Source: Candidatus Saccharimonadota bacterium (GTDB taxonomy: Bacteria; Patescibacteriota; Saccharimonadia; Saccharimonadales; Saccharimonadaceae). Taken from it: DNA of 32,000 bases. The stretch is taken from the NCBI GenBank assembly GCA_020160975.1, contig JAIUPJ010000001.1, positions 540,001-572,000 of the forward strand. Direction: 5' to 3'. Below the pieces are notes generated by a model. It did no database searches. It was not told the DNA's origin and saw only the letters and a list, made by a program, of their open reading frames with translations. Position 1 is the stretch's first letter. Each line of letters opens with the position of its first letter. Below are positions 24,053 through 32,000 of the stretch, in pieces. The position numbers and the translations under genes were made by a program.

Positions 24053-26437
24053 ATGAGTAGTATGAACGAAGCCACAACACGCCGAGAACTGATCGATCCT
24101 AAGCTAAAGGACTGTCAGTGGGGGCGAAACGAGACCGTTGGGTCGGAAGTAGTGGCGGAATATGGATTTACTGATGGTCGCTTGATAGGCGCAGGGCAGC
24201 GTGGCAAGCAAAAGAAGGCCGACTATGTACTAGCGTACAAAAACCAAAAGCTCGCCATCGTTGAAGCAAAAGCAGAAGGCAAAGAGATCACCGATGGCCT
24301 CGAGCAGGTCAAAGATTACGCCGAGGTGCTAAATATTCGATTTGTATACAGTACGAACGGCCATGGTATCTACTTTTTTGATATGAAGACTGGCCGTGGT
24401 GAGATGGTAGATAAATACCATTCACCAGATGATCTGTTTGTTATGACGTTTGATGACGTGAATCACAAACAATACGAGGCATTGGTTGAGCCGTATCAAA
24501 TAACCAAACATCGACCGCGTTACTACCAAGAGAACGCCATTAACGCGGCGGTTCGAGCGATTTCTGGCGGTGAAGATAGGGTGCTGCTGACGCTTGCAAC
24601 CGGCACAGGCAAGACAACGATTGCGTTTCAGATCGCCTGGAAGCTGTTTCAAGCGCGTTGGAACAGGCGAGGCGACGACCGACGACCGCGAATACTCTTT
24701 ATTGCCGACCGCAATATATTGATTGAACAAGCCATGGGCGACTTTGAGCCGCTCGAGAGCGAGATCGTGCGCGTCAATGGCGACGCAATTCGCAAAAAAG
24801 GCAGTATCCCGACCAACGGCAATATTTTCTTTAGTATTTACCAAGCTATCGCTGGTGCACCTCGTGACCAGCCAGACAAGCCGTACTTCATGGATTATCC
24901 AGTAGATTTCTTTGACCTGGTTATTATCGACGGATGCCACCGTGGTGGCGCTGGCAACGAAAGTAGCTGGCGCACCGTGCTCGATCATTTTTCTGGGGCG
25001 ACGCACCTCGGCCTTACCGCCACGCCAAAGCGTGATATGAACGTTGATACCTATGATTACTTTGGCGAACCAAAATACACGTATTCGCTCAAACAGGGTA
25101 TCGAAGATGGATTTCTGACGCCTTTTAAGGTAAAGCGCGTTACGACCACCATGGATCGATACGTGTTTAACCCGAGCGACTATGTCGAAAGTGGCGAAGT
25201 AGACGAGTCTCGTGAGTATTCACTAACGGATTTCAACCGTGCTATTTACTTACCTGAGCGCGAAGAGCGACTGGTGCAGATCATGTTTGAGCAGATCGAC
25301 CCTAACCAAAAGACGATAGTTTTTTGTAACGATGAAAAGCATGCCGCTATGGTGCGTGACTACATTAATAAACACAAACCCGAAGGAACGCTTGGAGATC
25401 ATCGAAACTACTGCGTGCGCGTAACAGCCACCGAAGGCAAAATCGGCGACGAGCACCTCGAGGATTTCCGCGACAACGAAAAGCAAGTGCCGACTATCGT
25501 GACGACAAGCCGGAAACTCTCGACCGGCGTGGATGCCCGAAACGTGCGATTTATTGTACTAATGCGAAATGTTGGTAGCATGGTTGAGTTTAAGCAGATT
25601 GTCGGCCGCGGTACGCGGCTATATGACAACAAAGATTACTTTACTATCGTAGACTTTTACGGCAACGACGCGAAGTTCGAAGATCCTGCGTGGGACGGTG
25701 AGCCGGCAGACCTAGAAATAGCAAATGTAGAAGTCGAAAATAAGCCAACGACGATAACTTATCCATTGCCAGGTGATGATGATACATCGCAAGTCAATGA
25801 CCCCGGAGCCAAACCGGGTGATATAACCAACTGCCCACCCGAGCCTCCTGCTCAAAAAACCGTTGTACGCTTAGCCGACGGCAAAGAACTTGAGATCAAA
25901 TACACCGTCGATACTAAATTTTACATGGATGGCAAGCCGGTATCACCGCAAGAATTTCTAGAGAAATTGTTCGGGCAGATTCCTGATTTATTCACGGACG
26001 AAGATGATTTACGTCGCCAATGGTCGGATCCGCGAACTCGCGAAGCGCTATTGCAAGGCTTAGCCGAACGTGGGTTTGAAGAAGAAAAACTACAGGCTCT
26101 CAAACAGCTGATCGACGCCAAAGACAGCGACGTGTATGATGTATTGCGATATATTGCTTATGCAGAAGAAACAATGACACGAGGTGAGCGCGCTGGATTA
26201 GTACGTGAATACTACCTAGAGCAGCTAGACGATAACGAACGTGAATTTGTGACCTTTGTGCTCGACACTTACGAACGAGAAGGCGAGAATGAGTTGAGCC
26301 TACAAAAACTCAAAAGCCTAGTGAATCTAAAATATCACACCATGCGTGATGCATCAGAAAAATTGGGAGAGCCAAGCGAGATCGTGCGAGACTATCTAGA
26401 ACTCCAGCAAGAGCTATACGCCGGAACAGTAGGATAG
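24053..26437 (+). CDS. hsdR: type I restriction enzyme R subunit (EcoEI_R_C-type C-terminus), Walker B reads DGCH
   Basis: 794 aa. N-terminal nuclease D...E-x-K (ADYVLAYKNQKLAIVEAKAEGK). Helicase motif I ATGTGKT. Motif II IIDGCHRG. Motif III LTATP. Motif VI QIVGRGTR. C-terminal YDVLRYIAY region. Confidence 0.9.
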   Translation: MSSMNEATTRRELIDPKLKDCQWGRNETVGSEVVAEYGFTDGRLIGAGQRGKQKKADYVLAYKNQKLAIVEAKAEGKEITDGLEQVKDYAEVLNIRFVYSTNGHGIYFFDMKTGRGEMVDKYHSPDDLFVMTFDDVNHKQYEALVEPYQITKHRPRYYQENAINAAVRAISGGEDRVLLTLATGTGKTTIAFQIAWKLFQARWNRRGDDRRPRILFIADRNILIEQAMGDFEPLESEIVRVNGDAIRKKGSIPTNGNIFFSIYQAIAGAPRDQPDKPYFMDYPVDFFDLVIIDGCHRGGAGNESSWRTVLDHFSGATHLGLTATPKRDMNVDTYDYFGEPKYTYSLKQGIEDGFLTPFKVKRVTTTMDRYVFNPSDYVESGEVDESREYSLTDFNRAIYLPEREERLVQIMFEQIDPNQKTIVFCNDEKHAAMVRDYINKHKPEGTLGDHRNYCVRVTATEGKIGDEHLEDFRDNEKQVPTIVTTSRKLSTGVDARNVRFIVLMRNVGSMVEFKQIVGRGTRLYDNKDYFTIVDFYGNDAKFEDPAWDGEPADLEIANVEVENKPTTITYPLPGDDDTSQVNDPGAKPGDITNCPPEPPAQKTVVRLADGKELEIKYTVDTKFYMDGKPVSPQEFLEKLFGQIPDLFTDEDDLRRQWSDPRTREALLQGLAERGFEEEKLQALKQLIDAKDSDVYDVLRYIAYAEETMTRGERAGLVREYYLEQLDDNEREFVTFVLDTYEREGENELSLQKLKSLVNLKYHTMRDASEKLGEPSEIVRDYLELQQELYAGTVG

Positions 26438-26523
26438 AATGATTCTCAGGAAGAGTAGACTGGGGTCGCGATAGACATGGCTACAAAGAGCACAGGGACC
26501 ACAAGGTTTAACCGCGTAAATGA

Positions 26524-26784
26524 CTATCTATTAATTAAGAACTCTAGTGTAGTGAGCAGGTTATTTCTTATCAGTCTGTAGAGAAGCATCACTCCACTAA
26601 CCACCATAAGAATCCCAACCATCAATCCATTCCAGTCGTGGTTGTGGATAGCCGGTAGCAACGTCGCGAGAGCTTCAGCTGCGCTACTCCAGGCAGCTGT
26701 GATTATAGATTCGAAAAGTACGCTAGATGTGTCTTTGGCCTGTTTCAGCATCTCTAGTATCATCTCAGGGGTAAATATTTGCAT
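26524..26784 (-). CDS. hypothetical small membrane protein
   Basis: 86 aa with one hydrophobic helix (LMVGILMVVSGVMLLY). Divergent from the TA operon. Weak support. Confidence 0.3.
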   Translation of the reverse strand: MQIFTPEMILEMLKQAKDTSSVLFESIITAAWSSAAEALATLLPAIHNHDWNGLMVGILMVVSGVMLLYRLIRNNLLTTLEFLINR

Positions 26785-26817
26785 AAATCCAGTATATCAC
26801 AAATATATACATATATA

Positions 26818-26846
26818 TTGACTAAAAACGTAGAATACGCTAAAAT
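26818..26846 (+). promoter_or_regulatory. sigma70-like promoter TTGACT-17 nt-TAAAAT for the HTH-Panacea operon
   Basis: -35 at 26818-26823 and -10 at 26841-26846 with exact 17-nt spacing. An alternating AT near-palindrome (ATATATACATATATAT) abuts the -35. Confidence 0.45.
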
Positions 26847-26882
26847 AAAGATATCAACAACATAATCGAGTGGGGCAAGGTT

Positions 26883-27671
26883 ATGACTTTTACGACAAAA
26901 ATCAAGCAATTACGTTACGATGCAAACCTCAGCCAGCAGGACGTGGCTGACGCTATTGGTGTTGCTCGTGCAACCTATGCAAGTCTTGAGGCGGATCGGC
27001 GACCCCCAAACCTTGATGAGATTAATAACCTGGCAAGGTATTACGAGGTATCACCAACAGAGTTGATATCGAGCCATGCAAGCATAGCGAATGAGCCGGC
27101 AGTAGAGTATAAACGCGCGCCCCAAAATGAGCCGGACATTGAGCCGCGTAATATTGATCCGCAAGTGAGCCCAGAAAAGCTACGCGAGGTATTGCTGTAT
27201 GTACTAAACAAAGTTGGCGCAAAGCCAAATGTGGGCGAAACAGTTCTGTATAAACTGCTTTATTTCATCGATATGGATTACTACGAAAAACACGGTACAT
27301 CTATCACTGGTTTAACGTATATCCATAATACCTACGGTCCGAGCCCGGTAAAAGATTTTCGTGCCGTAGTGGACGATATGCGGGCGCATGATGAGCTAGA
27401 TATCATTGAAACGAAATTCTTTAATAACAAACAGAAGAAGTATCTTCCGCAAACCACACCAAAGCTAGAAAGCTTAACAGCAAGTGAGATTAAGCATATC
27501 GACGAAGAGCTGGCGCGGCTGGGTGATAAAAACGCATCTGAGCTAAGCGACCTATCGCATAAAGACATGCCATGGATCGCTACACCAGATAAAAAACCGA
27601 TCGACTATCAACTAGTTATGTACCGCACTGCCGCTACGACCGTACGCGAGGATGATGGTGTTGAACTTTGA
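26883..27671 (+). CDS. XRE-HTH + Panacea (DUF4065/SocA-like) domain antitoxin candidate
   Basis: 262 aa. N-terminal HTH_3 (IKQLRYDANLSQQDVADAIGVARATYASLE). C-terminal DUF4065 pattern (LREVLLYVLNKVG...VLYKLLYFIDMDYYEKHGTSITGLTYIHNTYGPSP). Confidence 0.75.
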   Translation: MTFTTKIKQLRYDANLSQQDVADAIGVARATYASLEADRRPPNLDEINNLARYYEVSPTELISSHASIANEPAVEYKRAPQNEPDIEPRNIDPQVSPEKLREVLLYVLNKVGAKPNVGETVLYKLLYFIDMDYYEKHGTSITGLTYIHNTYGPSPVKDFRAVVDDMRAHDELDIIETKFFNNKQKKYLPQTTPKLESLTASEIKHIDEELARLGDKNASELSDLSHKDMPWIATPDKKPIDYQLVMYRTAATTVREDDGVEL

Positions 27672-28032
27672 TGAAACACCAGAATTCCAAAGGGATATAA
27701 AAGCTCTCGCAAAAAGGTGGCGCTCAATCCCTAGCGACCTTGAGAGAGCAAAACTCGCCATAACGCCGCTTTATGTGCCAGTCAAAGAGGTCGACATCGC
27801 AGAATTACGCAACGCCTTTTTTAGTACGAACCGTGCAACAATTTTAAGAGGTGGAGACGGTTACGAAGTGGTGAAAATGCGCTTTGACTGCGCGTCGCTG
27901 GGAAACGATAAACGAACACGACTTGTGTTTATTGCTCTAGTTGAGAATAGCACCATACGATTTATTGAGTTATACGCTAAAAGTGGGAAAGAACGAGAAG
28001 ATATTAAGAGAATTAACAAATATATTCCATAG
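27652..28032 (+). CDS. putative RelE/ParE-superfamily-like toxin partnered with the Panacea antitoxin
   Basis: 126 aa. Overlaps the antitoxin by 20 nt. The layout FQRDIKAL...VVKMRF...RLVFIALVENSTIRFIELY resembles RelE/HigB-type toxins. By eye only. Confidence 0.45.
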   Translation: MMVLNFDETPEFQRDIKALAKRWRSIPSDLERAKLAITPLYVPVKEVDIAELRNAFFSTNRATILRGGDGYEVVKMRFDCASLGNDKRTRLVFIALVENSTIRFIELYAKSGKEREDIKRINKYIP

Positions 28033-28203
28033 ATTCCAAGAAAGAACTCTTGAGTAATACGTACCCGCCTCTGATGTCCTGTGTGTCAATTGTGATACGA
28101 TAATCCTAATGACCGAAGAGATTATATATAAAAACAGAAGAGAACTGATTGAAGCTGGTAATGAGCGTCAGGTGGTAAAGTTTCCACTAAGGTTGTCACA
28201 GCA

Positions 28204-29553
28204 ATGATCTCTAAATCCGACTACATGCTCTTCCTCCGCCAGCCAGCCTGGCTTTGGCTGAAAAAGAATGACCCGAGCAAACTTCCACCAGTCGATGCTG
28301 CAACGCAAGCAATGTTCGACGCTGGCCATGCCTTTGAGCCGTATGTTGAATCATTGTTTCCAGAAGGGGTAACGCTTGGCTTTAGTGATTTCGATGAATA
28401 CCGCTCGCTACCGCTGCGAACCCAGCAAGCTCTTGAATCTGGTGCCCAAGTTGTATTCCAGCCTCGGTTTGAATGGAATGGGTTTACGTGCATATCAGAC
28501 ATCGTTTCAGTCGCAGAGCATAAGACGATTGACCTATATGAGATTAAATCCAGCACACGCGTTAAGCCCGATCACCTATATGATCTTGCTTTCCAAAAAA
28601 CCGTGCTTGAAGGCAATGGATTTACGGTTCGAAACGTATCAGTGATTCATGTAAATAATCAGTATGTTCGTATGGGCGACGTTAATCCAAAAGAGCTAAC
28701 AACGTTTGCCGACGTGACTGATGATGTGAATGAAATTGCTTTAAAAACTCCAGAGTATATGGAGTTAGCGAAGAAGATTGCTGCTCAAGCAGAAATGCCA
28801 GATCCAAATCCAGAACTGGCGAAGCTTGCTTCAAAATCTGAATGGATAAAGGTTTATGACAATATCTTTCCGCCCGAACCTAAGGTGTGGCCAGAAGCTA
28901 CTCGAGCCGAAATCAACAAGCAAGAGATCGAATGCTTTTTGGCTGAACTACAATATCCGCTCTACTTTTTTGACTATGAAACGATGCGGGGGCTTGTACC
29001 GTATTTTGACGGTCAGCGGCCGTACCAGCAAGTACCGTTTCAATATTCTCTGCATATCATCCATGAGCCAGGCAGAGAAGTAGAGCATAGAGAATATCTC
29101 CATAAAGAAAACACTAATCCAGCTCCAGCTTTAGCTAAGCAATTAGTAGAAGACATGGGCGATGCTGGTTCGATCATCACCTGGAATATGCGCTTTGAAA
29201 AATCGGTAAACGAAGAGTTGGGGCGGATGTACCCAGAATATGCCGAGCAGATTAAAGCTATCAACGAACGTGTCGTCGACCTCATGATCCCATTTAAGTC
29301 AAAATGGTATGACGATCCGCGCTGCGAGGGAAGCGCGAGCATCAAAAAGGTGTTGCCAGTGGTGTGCCCTGATCTAAGTTACAAAGACCTTGGTATTCAA
29401 GACGGCAACTCGGCTCAGCGACTTTGGATGCAAGCGGTGCTCGATGAAACGCGAGCGAACCAGAAAGATCAGATACTCGCAGACCTAAGTGAATATTGCA
29501 AGATGGACACCTGGGCGATGGTTGAGATATACAAGAAACTAAAGGAGTTATAA
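28204..29553 (+). CDS. DUF2779-like protein (N-terminal PD-(D/E)xK + C-terminal exonuclease-like module)
   Basis: 449 aa. ISDIVSV...DLYEIKSS (D...E-x-K). YFFDYET...QVPFQYSLH is typical of DUF2779. Confidence 0.6.
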   Translation: MISKSDYMLFLRQPAWLWLKKNDPSKLPPVDAATQAMFDAGHAFEPYVESLFPEGVTLGFSDFDEYRSLPLRTQQALESGAQVVFQPRFEWNGFTCISDIVSVAEHKTIDLYEIKSSTRVKPDHLYDLAFQKTVLEGNGFTVRNVSVIHVNNQYVRMGDVNPKELTTFADVTDDVNEIALKTPEYMELAKKIAAQAEMPDPNPELAKLASKSEWIKVYDNIFPPEPKVWPEATRAEINKQEIECFLAELQYPLYFFDYETMRGLVPYFDGQRPYQQVPFQYSLHIIHEPGREVEHREYLHKENTNPAPALAKQLVEDMGDAGSIITWNMRFEKSVNEELGRMYPEYAEQIKAINERVVDLMIPFKSKWYDDPRCEGSASIKKVLPVVCPDLSYKDLGIQDGNSAQRLWMQAVLDETRANQKDQILADLSEYCKMDTWAMVEIYKKLKEL

Positions 29554-29554
29554 T

Positions 29555-29782
29555 ATGCCACGAATAAAATGTCCAAACTGCAAATCATCGAACACTTGCC
29601 GTATCTTGTATGGATTGCCTGATATGGATGATAAGCTCAAGGCCGAGGCCGAGGAAGGTCGCATACATTTCGGTGGGTGTGTACTATCTTTCGATGATCC
29701 AAACCGCCACTGTAATGAGTGTGGAGCTGATTTCGACACCAAAGCGCCACGTTCTATCGACGAGATATTGAACGTTGGCTAA
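29555..29782 (+). CDS. small zinc-ribbon protein
   Basis: 75 aa with CPNC...CNEC cysteine pairs. 1-nt gap from the upstream gene. Confidence 0.5.
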   Translation: MPRIKCPNCKSSNTCRILYGLPDMDDKLKAEAEEGRIHFGGCVLSFDDPNRHCNECGADFDTKAPRSIDEILNVG

Positions 29783-29787
29783 ATACC

Positions 29788-30225
29788 ATGAATGTATATG
29801 TTGATATTGACGGAGTGCTTCTACTCAACGAGGAGAACCTAGCTATCGGAGCGGCAGAGTTTATAAAATACGCCGCAGATAATTTCGATGTATATTGGCT
29901 GACGACCCACTGCATGGACGGTACGACTGATCACGCAATTGAGTATCTGCAACGTGGAAGTGACGAAGATTTACGACCATGGTTAGAAAAGTTTGAGCCT
30001 GTAACGTGGAGCTTAAAAAAGACGGAAGCAATCGATTTCACGAAACCATTTATGTGGTTCGATGACGACTGTTATACTGGGGAGAAGATTGATCTCTACG
30101 AGCACGGAGTGTTCAATTCATGGATTGAGGTTAATTTAACTAAATATCCAGATCAAATGGTGCATGAACTCAAGCTTTTGAAATCCATCATTGTCGATCA
30201 ACGGGGCGGTCAAGACGGTTATTGA
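29788..30225 (+). CDS. minimal HAD-superfamily phosphatase-like protein
   Basis: 145 aa. Motif I DIDGV. WLTTH (motif II Thr). FDDD (motif IV). Confidence 0.5.
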   Translation: MNVYVDIDGVLLLNEENLAIGAAEFIKYAADNFDVYWLTTHCMDGTTDHAIEYLQRGSDEDLRPWLEKFEPVTWSLKKTEAIDFTKPFMWFDDDCYTGEKIDLYEHGVFNSWIEVNLTKYPDQMVHELKLLKSIIVDQRGGQDGY

Positions 30226-30379
30226 TGTCACTTTTATTTACACTAAGACCTTGAAAGTGGGCGGCTTATTAGGTATCGTCGAGATGGAATCGTAGAGTAT
30301 AAGTAAAAATAAAATACAATGTGAGCGCCAAGAGCTGTGCGCAACTGCGGTGCAACTTCATTGTTAAGGAGTTACAAAA

Positions 30380-30904
30380 ATGGAAAATTATGTAATCTTA
30401 GGTCTAATTGTTCTAGCAATAGTCTTATTTAAGCTGGTCCTATCGAGCGCCTCGACCAAGCGTAAAGTACTCAAAGATAACCTTTATTCTTACGCGGCAA
30501 AAAGCTTTATGATGACTCAGACTGAGAGTGAATTCTTTTTAAAACTAGACCATGTTGTGAGTGAGCGCTACCGTGTATTTCCTCAGGTTCATCTTTCAGC
30601 CCTGCTTGACCACAAAGTAAAAGGTCAGGATTGGAAGTTTGCGTTCCGACACATCAACGGCAAGTCTGTGGATTTCGTACTATGTGATAAGGAAACACTC
30701 CGACCAACCTACGCAATAGAACTTGACGACCTAACTCATGAACAATCTGATAGGCGAAAACGCGACTTAGAGGTAGAGCGTATTTTCAAAGAGGCAAACC
30801 TTCCATTGGTACGATTTAAAAATAAAAGTGTAAGCGAGACTGAAATCATCCAAGCCTTATCTAACGCAAGGAAGCTGTCAGAGTCGAATGGGCAAAGAGT
30901 ATGA
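30380..30904 (+). CDS. DUF2726-like (restriction-endonuclease-fold) protein with N-terminal TM helix
   Basis: 174 aa. TM helix VILGLIVLAIVLFKLVL. ESEFFLKL...RVFPQVHL...SVDFVLCDKETLRPTYAIELDD pattern. Confidence 0.6.
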   Translation: MENYVILGLIVLAIVLFKLVLSSASTKRKVLKDNLYSYAAKSFMMTQTESEFFLKLDHVVSERYRVFPQVHLSALLDHKVKGQDWKFAFRHINGKSVDFVLCDKETLRPTYAIELDDLTHEQSDRRKRDLEVERIFKEANLPLVRFKNKSVSETEIIQALSNARKLSESNGQRV

Positions 30905-31008
30905 AACCAATAATTTACATAGACATTGACGGGGTGCTACTGGCAAATGAAGAGAACTTGACCATCGGTGGGGCAGAGTTTACAGCATTCTGTAAATACG
31001 CGCTGTAA
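30901..31008 (+). pseudogene. truncated 5' fragment of a HAD-like paralog (35 codons)
   Basis: MKPIIYIDIDGVLLANEENLTIGGAEFTAFCKYAL* aligns with residues 1-29 of the 29788 protein (YVDIDGVLLLNEENLAIGAAEF). ATGA-coupled to the DUF2726 stop. No continuation in any frame. Confidence 0.55.
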
Positions 31009-31205
31009 TTGCGCTCATTTTCGCTCATAACTGCACCTCCTCGTGGCTCATTATTGCTATGATCCAATTCTATACATACCGTGTCCGATTTGTAGCGTTC
31101 TACCTCTGTTAAAGAGTTCGTGACCTGTAAGCGGAGCCAAGACAAGATATTTGAGCAGAAGTCCCGTAAGCATTCACGCTACTGGGCTTCTGCTATACTC
31201 GATTC

Positions 31206-32000
31206 ATGAGAACAGTGAATATTGAAGAGTACGGTGAGCCAGAAGTTTTAAAGATTAAGAATATTCCAAAACCAACAATCCGAAGTGGTGACATCTTGGT
31301 CAGGATAAAGGCGACTGCAGTGACCGCCGCCGACTCACGAATCAGGGGTGCGAGATTTCCGAAGGGTTTTGGTTTTCTTGCTAAACTGGTTTTTGGAATT
31401 ACCAAGCCGAGAATAAAAATACTAGGCAGTACTTACTCGGGTATTGTAGAGCAGGTTGGAAAAAACGTATCGCAGTTTCATGTCGGTGATGAAGTCTGCG
31501 GCATGACAGGTGTTCAAATGGGAACATACGCAGAGTATATTAGAATTTCAAAGTATAAAAGCATCGCCTTTAAGCCGAACGGTGTTGCTCACGAAGATGC
31601 TGCTGGCTTATTGTTTGGCGGAACAGCGGCATTATATTTCGTCCGCGATAAGCTGGGTGTGAAAAAAGGTGAAACGGTTGTAATCAATGGTGCCTCGGGT
31701 GCTGTTGGTACGAACGCTATACAACTTGCAAAGTATTATGGTGCTAAAGTCACAGGTGTAACAAGCAGTAAAAATTCCACATTGGTGGAGAGGTTAGGAG
31801 CAGAAGACATAATAGATTACGCTAAGCAGGATCTTGTGAGTGCGGGCAAGAAATTTGACGTTGTTTTAGATACAGTCGGCAATATTTCGCCTCAGGCAGC
31901 GAAAACGTTACTTACCAAGAAGGGTCGAGCAGGGTTGATGGTCGGTACTTTGTGGGAAGGGATGGTGGCTCGTGGTCAAGTCATGACGGGGACTGCTACT
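31206..32000 (+). CDS. zinc-type/MDR NAD(P)-dependent oxidoreductase (quinone oxidoreductase-like), 3' partial
   Basis: Not in the ORF track because it runs off the window. My translation from ATG 31206 is MRTVNIEEYGEPEVLKIKNIPKPTIRSGDILVRIKATAV...GDEVCG...VVINGASGAVGTNAIQLAKYYGAKV. It shows a GroES-like N-domain and a GxSGxxG Rossmann motif. Confidence 0.85.
   Translation, partial: MRTVNIEEYGEPEVLKIKNIPKPTIRSGDILVRIKATAVTAADSRIRGARFPKGFGFLAKLVFGITKPRIKILGSTYSGIVEQVGKNVSQFHVGDEVCGMTGVQMGTYAEYIRISKYKSIAFKPNGVAHEDAAGLLFGGTAALYFVRDKLGVKKGETVVINGASGAVGTNAIQLAKYYGAKVTGVTSSKNSTLVERLGAEDIIDYAKQDLVSAGKKFDVVLDTVGNISPQAAKTLLTKKGRAGLMVGTLWEGMVARGQVMTGTAT

Larger units (their letters stand above)
5595..31008. 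mobile_element. tRNA-Asn-adjacent integrative/defence island (right boundary uncertain)
   Basis: Serine recombinase abutting the tRNA. Abrupt shift to AT-rich, mosaic composition. Cargo is almost entirely nucleases, R-M, TA and polymerase genes. Housekeeping-type genes lie on both flanks. No direct repeats found, which is expected for serine recombinases. Confidence 0.5.

Noticed and set aside
24422-25006. 194-aa antisense ORF inside hsdR, and similar long antisense ORFs at 17996-18320, 4311-4930, 2647-3269 and 28221-28556
   Set aside because: These are shadow ORFs opposite strongly supported GC-richer genes. They have Arg/Ser/Cys-rich low-complexity composition, no motifs and no start context.
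30226-31205. Direct repeat of the tRNA-Asn 3' end marking attR
   Set aside because: I found no copy of GGTTCGAGCCCAGCTGCCGGAGCCA, or a substantial part of it, near the right end by eye. Serine recombinases do not generate long direct repeats, so their absence is uninformative.
30915-31405. Minus-strand ORFs 30915-31145 and 31193-31405
   Set aside because: The first lies antisense to the HAD-fragment and junction region with no motifs. The second lies antisense to the clearly coding oxidoreductase N-terminus.
1-32000. CRISPR arrays, rRNA genes, transposase/IS elements
   Set aside because: I saw no regularly spaced repeat-spacer arrays, no rRNA-like sequence and no DDE/IS-type ORFs on either strand. 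The only tandem repeats are short (8429-8452 and 9304-9350).

Overview
The window opens with about 5.5 kb of GC-richer chromosomal cell-envelope genes. These are a priming polyprenyl glycosylphosphotransferase, a Wzy/O-antigen-ligase-like protein, a LexA-DNA-binding-domain-only protein and a membrane-anchored serine hydrolase. They end at a tRNA-Asn(GUU) gene at 5520-5594. Directly after the tRNA comes a roughly 25 kb, visibly AT-richer and compositionally mosaic island. It begins with a large serine recombinase whose frame is broken by one in-frame TAA. The island is packed with conflict and defence genes. (1) A Lamassu/ABC-3C-like trio: Cap4-type nuclease, middle component, and a Rad50/SMC-like ATPase with a central CxxC hook. 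It is followed by a small ORF plus a TM-tethered GIY-YIG nuclease. (2) A UmuC-like Y-family polymerase with an unrecognised small upstream partner. (3) An eight-gene co-directional block: PD-(D/E)xK/DUF5655-like, RadC, NYN, HsdM, a GHKL-ATPase/PD-(D/E)xK fusion, a tail-anchored small protein, HsdS, and an HsdR carrying DGCH where DExH is expected. (4) An HTH-Panacea antitoxin with a small RelE-like toxin. (5) A DUF2779/Zn-ribbon/HAD-like operon. (6) A DUF2726 gene coupled to a truncated HAD paralog. An MDR-type oxidoreductase then runs off the right edge. I saw no CRISPR array, rRNA or transposase. The best candidate for an undescribed system is the GHKL-nuclease plus membrane-protein cassette spliced by start/stop overlaps into the type I R-M operon (20561-22932). 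All family assignments come from motif reading by eye, not from database searches.
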